Shown here: positions 17,426 to 25,653 of the stretch, piece by piece | Position numbering within the stretch: the first letter of the stretch is position 1 | Layout: each line of letters begins with the position of its first letter | Source of the DNA: a virus | Lineage: Duplodnaviria > Caudoviricetes | Length of the DNA: 25,941 nucleotides | IMG/VR virus record: IMGVR_UViG_3300005805_000426 | Location: 1 to 25,941 of that record | Reading direction: 5' to 3' (one strand) | The notes under the pieces: generated by a model | The model's input: only the letters and a program-made list of their open reading frames with translations | What the model was told of the DNA's origin: nothing | The model's database searches: none | Program-made: the position numbers and the translations under genes

Positions 17426-20156
17426 CCATGACATTCGTACTCAACGACCGCATCAAAGTCACCAGCACCACGACCGGGACAGGTACGTTTACGCTCGGCT
17501 TGGCGGCGGCTGGCTATCAGGACTTCTCTGGCATCGGCAATGGCAACCAGACTTACTACACGATCACTAATGGTACAGACTGGGAAGTGGGCCTTGGCAC
17601 ATATACCGTGAGTGGCACTACGCTCTCTCGCGATCAGGTGTTCGCGTCTTCTAACAGCAATGCACTGGTGAACTGGGGTGCTGGTAGTAAGGATGTTTAC
17701 GTGCCGCAACCTGCTGAGAATGTGCAAGGTTCTGCTGCGACAGGGGACAACTCGTCTATCGGTACAGATCAGGTAGCATTTAACAACTTTCAGAAGAACA
17801 TACAGGCTAGTGTCAACGGTGGCGTGACGTTTAATAATAATGGTGTGGCGGGAATTGTTAGTACTTATTCTCTTGCTTACACAATTGGTGAAGGATATCA
17901 AGGTGGAGTATTAGCACCTAACGGGGATATTCACTTTGTTCCTTATAGTGGAAATAGAGGCCAAAAAATATCAGCATCAGGCGTGGTGAGTACGTATAGT
18001 TTGGTTTACACAACAGCACAAGCATACGTAGGTGGAGTTTTAGCGCCCAATGGAGATATTCATTTTGTTCCAGCTCATGCTGTTAGAGGGCAAAAAATTA
18101 ATGCTTCTGGTGTAGTTAGTACGTATAGTTTGGTTTATACAGCCGGAGCTGGTTATATAGGAGGTGTTCTTGCGCCAAACGGGGATATACATTTTGTTCC
18201 TTATGCTGCGAATAGAGGACAAAAAATATCAGCAGCAGGTGTTGTTTCCACCTATTCTTTTGTTTACACAACATCAAATGCTTATGCCGGTGGTGTTCTA
18301 GCTCCCAACGGAGATATTCATTTTGTCCCACGTGGCGCTAACAGAGGTCAGAAAATATCTTCTGCTGGAGTTGTGTCTACCTACTCGTTGGTTTATACAA
18401 ATAATAATGGCGCATACTTGGGTGGTGTACTTGCATCTAACGGAGATATTCATTTTGTTCCTTACAGAGCAGTAGTTGGACAAAAAATATCTTCTGCTGG
18501 AGTTGTGTCTACCTATTCTCTCGTTTACACAACAACAAACGCTTATGCTGGTGGTGTTTTAGCTCCCAATGGGGACATACATTTTGTTCCCGGAGACAAC
18601 GCAAACAGAGGGCAAAAAGTATCAGCATTTGGCGTTGTATCTACATATTCTTTGGTTTATACGGTTGGAGGTACAAGCCAATATTCTGGTGGTGTTTTAG
18701 CGCCTAATGGTGATATACATTTTATTCCTGTGAGTGCTGTAGTAGGCCAAAAAATCTCAACATGCCCTGCTATACCATTTGGCATAGATACCTGCCTCAG
18801 TTCATACCTCAATAAGTTTTAAGGATCATCATGGCGTATGTCGTTAAAGACCGAGTAAAAGTAACCAGCACGACGACAGGTACTGGCACGTTCACGCTTG
18901 GATCTGCCGTGGCTGGATTCCAAGACTTCTCTGCGATAGGCAACGCAAACCAAACCTATTACTGCATTACTAATAATACAGATTGGGAAGTGGGCCTTGG
19001 TACGTATACCACCAGTGGCACAACCTTGTCCCGTGATACGGTGTTTGAATCGTCTAACAGCAACGCAAAGGTGAACTGGGGCGCAGGTACGAAGGATGTG
19101 TTCGTCACTTACCCGGCAGATGCAACACAAGGCACGGTTCCTACGGCGGACAATAGTAGCGTGGGGACAGACTTAGTGGCATGGACAAATTTGAAGAAGG
19201 AGTTGGATGCAGGTGTAGTGAATGGTGTGCCGTATGCTAATGGCAATGTAAGTGGGATGGTGAGTACCTACAGTTTGGTTTATACAGCGGGAGGTGCGTA
19301 CTCTGGCGGCGTATTGGCGCCTAACGGAGACATTCATTTTGTACCGTTTTCTGCAAATAGAGGCCAAAAAATATCAGCGTCAGGCGTAGTGAGCACCTAC
19401 AGTTTGGTTTATACAGCGTCATTTGCGTACATTGGCGGCGTATTAGCCCCTAATGGGGACATACACTTTGTTCCTTCATATGCCGCAGTAGGCCAAAAAA
19501 TATCAGCTTCTGGGGTTGTTTCCACTTACTCATTAGTTTATACAAATGCAAGCGGAGCTTATGAGGGAGGTGTATTAGCGCCTAATGGGGATATACATTT
19601 TGTTCCTTATTTTGCAAATAGAGGCCAAAAAATATCAGCATCAGGTGTAGTGAGCACCTACAGTTTGGTTTATACAACGACAATTGCGTACTCTGGCGGC
19701 GTATTAGCGCCTAATGGGGATATACACTTTGTTCCGCAAAGCGCCAACAGAGGTCAAAAAATATCAGCAGCTGGAGTAGTGAGTACCTACAGTTTGGTTT
19801 ATACAACAACTGGTGCGTACTCTGGCGGCGTATTAGCGCCTAATGGAGATATTTATTTTATTCCTTATAGCGCCAACAGGGGCCAGAAAATCTCCGCAGC
19901 TGGTGTAGTGAGTACCTACAGTTTGGTTTATACAGTGGGAGCTGGTTACGTTGGCGGCGTATTAGCGCCTAACGGTGATATTTATTTTGTTCCTCATAAT
20001 GCCGACAGAGGCCAAAAAATATCCGCGTCAGGCGTAGTGAGTACCTACAGTTTGGTTTATACAACAACTGGTGCGTACAAAAGCGGTGTATTAGCGCCCA
20101 ACGGAGATATTTATTTTGTGCCTTATAGCGCCAACAGAGGCCAAAAAATCTCCACC
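16475..20156 (+). repeat. Three coding tandem arrays of a ~129-bp unit (7+7+7): 16475-17365, 17860-18762, 19263-20156
   Basis: Read directly from the translations and DNA; each array begins exactly 432 nt after its ATG. Confidence 0.95.
17428..18822 (+). CDS. Repeat protein B, paralogue of A
   Basis: Same N-terminal domain (DRIKVTSTTTGTGTFTL...WEVGLGTY...TLSRD), seven repeats, C-terminal CLSSYLNKF. Confidence 0.8.
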   Translation: MTFVLNDRIKVTSTTTGTGTFTLGLAAAGYQDFSGIGNGNQTYYTITNGTDWEVGLGTYTVSGTTLSRDQVFASSNSNALVNWGAGSKDVYVPQPAENVQGSAATGDNSSIGTDQVAFNNFQKNIQASVNGGVTFNNNGVAGIVSTYSLAYTIGEGYQGGVLAPNGDIHFVPYSGNRGQKISASGVVSTYSLVYTTAQAYVGGVLAPNGDIHFVPAHAVRGQKINASGVVSTYSLVYTAGAGYIGGVLAPNGDIHFVPYAANRGQKISAAGVVSTYSFVYTTSNAYAGGVLAPNGDIHFVPRGANRGQKISSAGVVSTYSLVYTNNNGAYLGGVLASNGDIHFVPYRAVVGQKISSAGVVSTYSLVYTTTNAYAGGVLAPNGDIHFVPGDNANRGQKVSAFGVVSTYSLVYTVGGTSQYSGGVLAPNGDIHFIPVSAVVGQKISTCPAIPFGIDTCLSSYLNKF

Positions 20157-20210
20157 AACACACAACGTAACATAGGCTATTGTCTTTCGCCGTTTTTTAA
20201 TAAATTCTAA
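18831..20210 (+). CDS. Repeat protein C, paralogue of A and B
   Basis: Same architecture with seven repeats and C-terminal CLSPFFNKF; AAGGA upstream. Confidence 0.8.
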   Translation: MAYVVKDRVKVTSTTTGTGTFTLGSAVAGFQDFSAIGNANQTYYCITNNTDWEVGLGTYTTSGTTLSRDTVFESSNSNAKVNWGAGTKDVFVTYPADATQGTVPTADNSSVGTDLVAWTNLKKELDAGVVNGVPYANGNVSGMVSTYSLVYTAGGAYSGGVLAPNGDIHFVPFSANRGQKISASGVVSTYSLVYTASFAYIGGVLAPNGDIHFVPSYAAVGQKISASGVVSTYSLVYTNASGAYEGGVLAPNGDIHFVPYFANRGQKISASGVVSTYSLVYTTTIAYSGGVLAPNGDIHFVPQSANRGQKISAAGVVSTYSLVYTTTGAYSGGVLAPNGDIYFIPYSANRGQKISAAGVVSTYSLVYTVGAGYVGGVLAPNGDIYFVPHNADRGQKISASGVVSTYSLVYTTTGAYKSGVLAPNGDIYFVPYSANRGQKISTNTQRNIGYCLSPFFNKF

Positions 20211-20243
20211 TAATAATTCACTCAACCACAGCAAGGAGAAAAG

Positions 20244-21590
20244 ATGTACAACAGAGATAAAATTATCGCAACGATGCAGGAAATCTACGACGAATCCAAA
20301 ACCATAAAACCGTATGTCGTGATTGCCCAGCCAAGAAGGAACTTAGAAGAAACCGCAGCACAGAATTTTGATGGCTACGAAGGATTGCATATAGACCTGA
20401 TGGGTTTTTCACACGGGTTTGTCAACATCGGCGGCGAGAAGGTTGATGTAGCGAGGAACTACCTGATTGAGCAGGCTTTGGAATCAGGAGCCAAGTACAT
20501 GCTGTTTGTTGGTGAAGATACCGTGCTGCCTTATGACGGATTTAAGAAGCTGCTGCAAACGTCAGAGGCAAACCCAGACGCGGTGGTCACAGGGGTTTAT
20601 TACATCAAGTGTTCAGACGCAATGATCATGGTGCGTGAGGGGGATTGGATTACGATCCCTGATGTCTCGCCGGGGCAGTTGATTGAGGCATGGCAGACCG
20701 GCATGGATGTGATGTTGATTCCTATCCAGCTCTTGAAAGACATGAAGGAAGAAGCACCTGACATGCCCTTTTGCTGTATTGGCAACAACATTAATGATGA
20801 GATTCCGTTTATTGGTGAGGACAATTTCTTTGTCCACCGGCTGCACAAGCGGGGTACGCGGCTGTTGGTGAATACGGACGTTCAGTGTTTGCATATGGAC
20901 TTGGCGAGCGGGATGTATACCGCCCATCCATCGGTAGACCTGAAGAACTATTACACCAACATCAAGCCGACCCGCCCGTTGACGTTGGATGACAAGGAGT
21001 TTATTGACCGCCGTTGGGCTGATCGTTTGCCTGAAGGCACTGGTAGCTACAAGTCTGTCATTGCCAAGTTGTTAGAAGAAGGTCAGCCAATTAAGTTCAA
21101 TATGGGCTGTGGTCGTGACCGTCTACCCGGCTATTTGGGTGTTGATATGCACAGTGACACCGCTGATATTAAGCAGGATATTATGAAGTTAGATTTGCCG
21201 GAGCAATGCGCTGACGAGATATTTGCCAGCCATGTGATTGAGCATATCCCACAGCACCGTGCTCCAATGGTGTTAGAGAAGTGGCTGAATACGCTGAAAA
21301 AGGGCGGCATGCTGGTTTTAGAGACGCCTGACCTTGCTGGCTTGTGTAAGGACTATCTTGAGCAAGACGGTGCAGATCAGCACATGACGGCAATGTGCAT
21401 CTATGGCGCTCACGTAGACCGCTTAACGCCTGAAACACAGGAGAAGGGCGCTCTGTCTCCGCATCTGTGGGGTTATACGCCTAAGTCATTGACTGACTTG
21501 TGTACGCATGTTGGGTTTAAAGACGTCAAGATTTTGCCGGTAACGGGGCAACATCCGGGTAAAAACTTTAGATTGGAGGCGGTAAAATGA
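20244..21590 (+). CDS. GT-A (GT2-like) glycosyltransferase fused to a class I SAM-dependent methyltransferase
   Basis: N-half: ARNYLI..AL...AKYMLFVGED, V.GVY, GEDNFF...L...G, QCLH. C-half: NMGCG motif I, GVD, IFASHVIEHI, LKKGGML.LETPD. AAGGAG RBS. Confidence 0.8.
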   Translation: MYNRDKIIATMQEIYDESKTIKPYVVIAQPRRNLEETAAQNFDGYEGLHIDLMGFSHGFVNIGGEKVDVARNYLIEQALESGAKYMLFVGEDTVLPYDGFKKLLQTSEANPDAVVTGVYYIKCSDAMIMVREGDWITIPDVSPGQLIEAWQTGMDVMLIPIQLLKDMKEEAPDMPFCCIGNNINDEIPFIGEDNFFVHRLHKRGTRLLVNTDVQCLHMDLASGMYTAHPSVDLKNYYTNIKPTRPLTLDDKEFIDRRWADRLPEGTGSYKSVIAKLLEEGQPIKFNMGCGRDRLPGYLGVDMHSDTADIKQDIMKLDLPEQCADEIFASHVIEHIPQHRAPMVLEKWLNTLKKGGMLVLETPDLAGLCKDYLEQDGADQHMTAMCIYGAHVDRLTPETQEKGALSPHLWGYTPKSLTDLCTHVGFKDVKILPVTGQHPGKNFRLEAVK

Positions 21591-22012
21591 TTTCTTTAGA
21601 AGGTTTGCAATCTGGCATGACCGGCGAGGAACGGGCGCTGGCTATTCTGAAGGTTGAGCATAACGGGCAGACGTATGACTGGAGTCTGTACATTCCTCCA
21701 AATGCTGACCTGTCGGCTTATATTACGTCCAAGGAGTCTGCTATCTATGCAGACATAGATGCCAAAGAAGCGGCATGGGCCGTGGCTCCCAAGACCCGTC
21801 AAGTTGATGACCCGATGACGGGGGAGACTACGACGGTAGACATAGACAAGTCTGAAGTTGTCCGGGCTGATGTGCCGGACTACTACGCCAAGCGCCGTGC
21901 GGAGTATCCTGCTATGGGTGAGCAGTTGGATGCGATGTGGAAGGGTGGCGAGGCGGCAGACGCTATGTTTGCAAAGATTGCAGAGATCAAGGCGAAGTAC
22001 CCCAAGTCATGA
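21587..22012 (+). CDS. Putative tail-fibre assembly/accessory protein
   Basis: GGAGG RBS and ATGA overlap; C-terminal YYAKRRAEYP.MGEQLDAMWK...IAEIKAKYPK motif of small fibre-associated phage proteins. Confidence 0.6.
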   Translation: MISLEGLQSGMTGEERALAILKVEHNGQTYDWSLYIPPNADLSAYITSKESAIYADIDAKEAAWAVAPKTRQVDDPMTGETTTVDIDKSEVVRADVPDYYAKRRAEYPAMGEQLDAMWKGGEAADAMFAKIAEIKAKYPKS

Positions 22013-22278
22013 GATTGACCAAGGACAATGCCAATAAGATAACAAAGATAGATCATTCCCCAGTGGTAGTCATCCCCGCCGGGGAATTTTCACAAGGGGA
22101 TGCGTTGATCTTGTTTAACAATTCTGACAACTTTATTTGTATTCAGTCAGAGGTTGAAAACACGTATCGCTCTGCATCGCCGAAAACAAGGAAGATGTTT
22201 GAGTTTCCTCCAAGGGCTTTGGTAAATGCAGTTTTTATTGATAGTGACATTCTTGTTATCACAGTGGGGGTCGGATGA
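22009..22278 (+). CDS. Stand-alone homologue of the C-terminal domain of 15573-16043 (89 aa)
   Basis: Start reassigned to ATG 22009 (ATGA overlap). VVIPAGEFSQGDALILFNN...RALVNAVFI...VIT aligns with ITIPDATFSAGDAVLLFNN...RGVANVLFI...VVT. Confidence 0.7.
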   Translation: MRLTKDNANKITKIDHSPVVVIPAGEFSQGDALILFNNSDNFICIQSEVENTYRSASPKTRKMFEFPPRALVNAVFIDSDILVITVGVG

Positions 22279-22385
22279 GCGGAATTATTCTTTCTTTTGT
22301 GGGGACTACGGCGGGAGGTATTGCCGTTGTTTCTGATGGCTCATTTTCTGGTGCTCCTTTAGCTGATGTGAGTTTTGGTGGATGA
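22275..22385 (+). CDS. 36-aa hydrophobic, Gly-rich ORF (MSGIILSFVGTTAGGIAVVSDGSFSGAPLADVSFGG), possibly a fibre-gene remnant
   Basis: ATGA overlap with the previous stop; ends 1 nt before the next ATG, filling the gap exactly. Absent from the ORF track. Confidence 0.5.
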   Translation: MSGIILSFVGTTAGGIAVVSDGSFSGAPLADVSFGG

Positions 22386-22386
22386 A

Positions 22387-22641
22387 ATGGATCAGACAAT
22401 ATTTAACTTGGCGGTTGCCATTGCCGGCGCTGTTGGTGGGTGGGCTTTGAAAGTCATATGGGATGCTATTGTGGAAACTCGTAAAGACTTAAAAAACATG
22501 GACACCAAAATGCACGAGGATTTTGTTCGCCGTGATGATTTCAAAGATGCCGTAAAAGAAATCAAAGAGGACATGAAAACTGGGTTTAACAAGATTGATA
22601 ATACTCTTGGACTTATTTTCAAAAAATTAGAAGATAAATAA
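22387..22641 (+). CDS. Single-TM plus coiled-coil membrane protein (holin/antiholin-like)
   Basis: Hydrophobic IFNLAVAIAGAVGGWALKVIW then a charged coiled coil. ATG 22387 preferred over TTG 22375. Confidence 0.65.
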   Translation: MDQTIFNLAVAIAGAVGGWALKVIWDAIVETRKDLKNMDTKMHEDFVRRDDFKDAVKEIKEDMKTGFNKIDNTLGLIFKKLEDK

Positions 22642-22651
22642 GGAGTTGATT

Positions 22652-23071
22652 ATGGACAGCAACGAACTGCAAATATTCAAGGCCCAAGCCAAAGCTGAAC
22701 TGAATCGCTTGGAAGCTGACAGCACTGCCAAGGAAGTGGCGGGCAAAGCCATTGGCAAGCATGGTCTTGCTTACATCACGTTCATCGTCGTGATTGGTGT
22801 GCTGTCTTCGCTGGCGCTGGAAGAGTCCAAAATAGCCGCCGTGATGGGTTTACTAGGCGCTGCACTTACTGCACTTATCTCTATGTTGAATGGTATTGCT
22901 GGCGCGAATCCCAAGCAAGAAAGACCTGAGTTCGAGGTGATCAATGCCTTGATTGAGCGGTTAGACAAGCTAGACCGCAAAGAGCCGCCTATGAAAGTTG
23001 AGGTTGAGGGCAACAAAGTCACAGTGACCAAAGGCGACGATATGGTCACAACCAGCGCAGGGAAGGAATAA
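22652..23071 (+). CDS. Two-TM membrane protein in the lysis module
   Basis: AAGGAG at 22640-22645 supports ATG 22652; hydrophobic YITFIVVIGVLSSLAL and IAAVMGLLGAALTALISML. Confidence 0.7.
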   Translation: MDSNELQIFKAQAKAELNRLEADSTAKEVAGKAIGKHGLAYITFIVVIGVLSSLALEESKIAAVMGLLGAALTALISMLNGIAGANPKQERPEFEVINALIERLDKLDRKEPPMKVEVEGNKVTVTKGDDMVTTSAGKE

Positions 23072-23073
23072 AC

Positions 23074-23577
23074 ATGCTTTCATTAATATCCACTCTTGGG
23101 GGTCTACTGATCTCTGGCCTGCCGAAGGCTTTGGAGTTCTTTCAAGACAAGGCAGACAAGAAGCATGAGCTAGAGCTTGCCCGGATGCAAAACGAGCGGG
23201 AGCTTCAGCTTGCTGCTCAAGGCTTAGCCGCGCAGGCCAAGATTGAAGAAATCCGTAGTGATCAGATTGCTATGGAGACAGATGCTCGCATGACTGAGGC
23301 AGCACTGTCCCATGACCAAAAGGTGCTAGAGAAAGCAAGCCGGTGGGTGGCTAATTATGTCGGTACGGTCAGGCCAACGGTTACCTATATCTTTGTGGCA
23401 GAACTGGTTGCCATCAACGCTTTCATGGCGTACTTCCTGTATACCCATCCCGGTCTGGTAACCACCATTGATGACGTTGTGAAATATTCGTCCATCATTT
23501 TTTCTGATGACGAAATGGCAATTCTTGGGGGTGTGATCGGTTTTTGGTTCGGCTCACGTAATTGGAACAAGAAGTGA
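23074..23577 (+). CDS. Putative holin (3-TM, gene-transfer-agent holin-like)
   Basis: N-terminal amphipathic segment, KKHEL, VRPTVTY, C-terminal IGFWFGSR; overlaps the lysozyme start. Confidence 0.7.
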   Translation: MLSLISTLGGLLISGLPKALEFFQDKADKKHELELARMQNERELQLAAQGLAAQAKIEEIRSDQIAMETDARMTEAALSHDQKVLEKASRWVANYVGTVRPTVTYIFVAELVAINAFMAYFLYTHPGLVTTIDDVVKYSSIIFSDDEMAILGGVIGFWFGSRNWNKK

Positions 23578-24077
23578 AAACGTCTGACAAGGGCATCCAA
23601 TTGATGCACAGGTTTGAGGGGTATCGAAATAAGCCATACCTTTGCCCGGCAAAAATTTGGACGATTGGTTACGGTCACGTTCTTTATCAGGAGCAAATAA
23701 GGCTCCCGGTTGCCCGTGTGAACGGGTATACGGGAATGATTCGGAGCGAATATCCATTACGCCCAGAGCACAACCGGGTATGGAGCAAAGATGAGATCAA
23801 TGAATTATTCCGTAATGACATCAAAAGTTTTGAACGTGGTGTTTTACGACTTGTTCCCAGCGTTGTTGGCAGGCAAGGCTCTTTTGACGCTCTTGTCAGT
23901 TTTGCATTTAATGCAGGATTAGGTAATTTGCAACGTAGTCAAATGAGGATGAGGGCATTACGTAAAGATTGGGACGCGGCTGCGGAGGCTTTCCGGCAAT
24001 GGGTTAAGGGTGGCGGGAAAGTGCTTCCGGGGCTTGTAAAGCGCCGTGAGGCAGAAATTGCTTTATTTTTGTCTTAA
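23574..24077 (+). CDS. Phage lysozyme/endolysin (GH24)
   Basis: FEG....YLCPAKIWTIGYGH (E-x8-C-x5-T triad), FDALVSFAFNAG.G, GGKVLPGLVKRREAE. GTG 23574 overlaps the holin stop. Confidence 0.92.
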   Translation: MKTSDKGIQLMHRFEGYRNKPYLCPAKIWTIGYGHVLYQEQIRLPVARVNGYTGMIRSEYPLRPEHNRVWSKDEINELFRNDIKSFERGVLRLVPSVVGRQGSFDALVSFAFNAGLGNLQRSQMRMRALRKDWDAAAEAFRQWVKGGGKVLPGLVKRREAEIALFLS

Positions 24078-24116
24078 TGGAAAGTGAAGTTTACAACTAT
24101 GTAACTGGAGCATAAA

Positions 24117-24284
24117 ATGGCAGAAGTTTGGGACAAACCAAGACCGAAAGAATTAGGGAAACCTAAAAAGCTTAGTCCGAATCAAAAAAAAGCTGCAAAA
24201 CGCTTTGCCACCCGGACGGGAACCCCTTACCCATCATTAGTCGCCAATATGCAGGGCGCTAAGGCAAAGAAAGGTAAATGGTAA
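24117..24284 (+). CDS. Small basic protein, 55 aa (MAEVWDKPRPK...PYPSLVANMQGAKAKKGKW), absent from the ORF track
   Basis: GGAG upstream of ATG 24117; TAA overlaps the next ATG (TAATG). Confidence 0.7.
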   Translation: MAEVWDKPRPKELGKPKKLSPNQKKAAKRFATRTGTPYPSLVANMQGAKAKKGKW

Positions 24285-24919
24285 TGACTAACGCAGCCGT
24301 CATGACGTACTCAAGCCTTGTGGCTGATATAGCTTCCTATCTTGAGCGAACTGACCAAGCTACGCTTGAGAAGATCCCCACGTTCATTATGCTGGCAGAA
24401 CAGCAGATTGCCTTAGAGATTAAGTTCTTAGGCAACTTGACGGCGCAAGAAAGTTCAATGATTGCAACTCAGGCTGTTATTGATAAGCCTGCTCGGTGGC
24501 GCAAAACCGTATCCATGAACGTCGTTGTTGATGGGAAGCGCCAGCCAGTCTTGTTAAGAAAGCTAGAGTACCTGCGAGAGTTCTGGCCTGATGTAAGTCA
24601 GACAGACATCCCTGCTTACTATGCGGATTACGACTATACCCATTGGTTAGTTGCTCCTACGCCAGACATTGATTACAGCTTTGAGGTGCTCTATTACGAG
24701 CGCGTACAGCCTTTAGATTCATCTAATCAGACTAACTGGTTCACTATCTACGCTCCGCAGGCGCTTCTGTATGGAACGTTGCTACAAGCAATGCCATTCC
24801 TCAAAAATGATGAGCGTATCCCAATGTGGAAAGCCCAATACGACCTTGTTATTAATACTTTGAAGGCTGAGGATGCTACTCGTATAGCAGACCGTCAGGC
24901 CGTTGCATTGGATACCTAA
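24284..24919 (+). CDS. Putative head-tail adaptor / tail tubular protein
   Basis: TYSSLV.DI.SYLER, IPTFIMLAE, P.YYA...VAPTPD..Y..E..YY, TNW....P..LLYG.L..A.PFLKNDER: podovirus adaptor pattern. Start 24284 or 24278. Confidence 0.65.
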   Translation: MTNAAVMTYSSLVADIASYLERTDQATLEKIPTFIMLAEQQIALEIKFLGNLTAQESSMIATQAVIDKPARWRKTVSMNVVVDGKRQPVLLRKLEYLREFWPDVSQTDIPAYYADYDYTHWLVAPTPDIDYSFEVLYYERVQPLDSSNQTNWFTIYAPQALLYGTLLQAMPFLKNDERIPMWKAQYDLVINTLKAEDATRIADRQAVALDT

Positions 24920-24921
24920 TC

Positions 24922-25653
24922 ATGAGCATATGGGCTATTTACATTATTACAAATATGGCTAACGGTAAGCAGTATGTTGGTTTCACCAAAAACATAAAGC
25001 GCCGTTGGCATCAGCATTTGACCGCCAATGGGAGCGCACCTGCTCTACATGCAGCGATCAAAAAATATGGCAAAAATGGTTTTGTTTTTTCGCACATATG
25101 CAATGCGTTTGATTTTGAAGCGGCATGTGATATTGAACGCATGTTAATTAAGCAGCATAACACCAAGTCACCAAATGGCTACAACTTGACGGATGGCGGT
25201 GAAGGCGTTGTTGGCAGAACTTTATCTGATGAAGAAAAGGAATTACGAAGTAAGTTAACTGCCGCTTATGCAGCCTCTTTGTCAATCGAAGAGCGGAGTG
25301 CAAAATTTGGTTCAAGAAAAGGTAAAAAACTTACGGTTGAGCAAATTGAAAAAATTAGAATTTCAAACTTGGGCAAAAACCTTGGGAAAATTGCTACCGA
25401 AGAAACAAAAGCAAAAATGTCTGCTATACATAAAGCTCGTCCAAGAAAACCTTTAAGTGAAGAAACAAAACAAAAAATAAGAAACTCTCTTCTAGGAAGA
25501 AAAATGCCAGAAGAAGAAAAACCAAAACATGCTAGTTTTCTTGGTAGAAAGCATTCTGAGGAAACTAAAGCAAAAATTAGAGCCTCTAATATTGCAACTA
25601 AAGCTCTTCAAAAAGCAAAAAAACTTGCGGAAAAAGAGGTAACCAATGCCTAG
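24922..25653 (+). CDS. Free-standing GIY-YIG homing endonuclease with NUMOD3 repeats
   Basis: AIY...N..NGKQYVG, RRW, conserved E, NGYNLT.GG; C-terminal repeats TEETKAKMS, SEETKQKI, HSEETKAKI. A-rich. Confidence 0.9.
   Translation: MSIWAIYIITNMANGKQYVGFTKNIKRRWHQHLTANGSAPALHAAIKKYGKNGFVFSHICNAFDFEAACDIERMLIKQHNTKSPNGYNLTDGGEGVVGRTLSDEEKELRSKLTAAYAASLSIEERSAKFGSRKGKKLTVEQIEKIRISNLGKNLGKIATEETKAKMSAIHKARPRKPLSEETKQKIRNSLLGRKMPEEEKPKHASFLGRKHSEETKAKIRASNIATKALQKAKKLAEKEVTNA

Noticed and set aside
16475-20156. CRISPR array
   Set aside because: The repeats lie in-frame in long ORFs, vary at synonymous positions and have a ~129-bp period with no unique spacers; no cas genes are present.
16475-20156. 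Diversity-generating retroelement target
   Set aside because: No reverse transcriptase or non-coding template repeat in the window. Variable slots include indels and codons ending in A or G. Many do end in T or C, but this is weak evidence, and a distant RT cannot be excluded.
21937-22008. N-terminal extension of the track ORF 21937-22278 (similarly the starts at 16016, 9839, 22375, 22646, 23562)
   Set aside because: These are upstream alternative-start extensions; downstream starts are better supported by RBS position, stop-start overlap or paralogue alignment.
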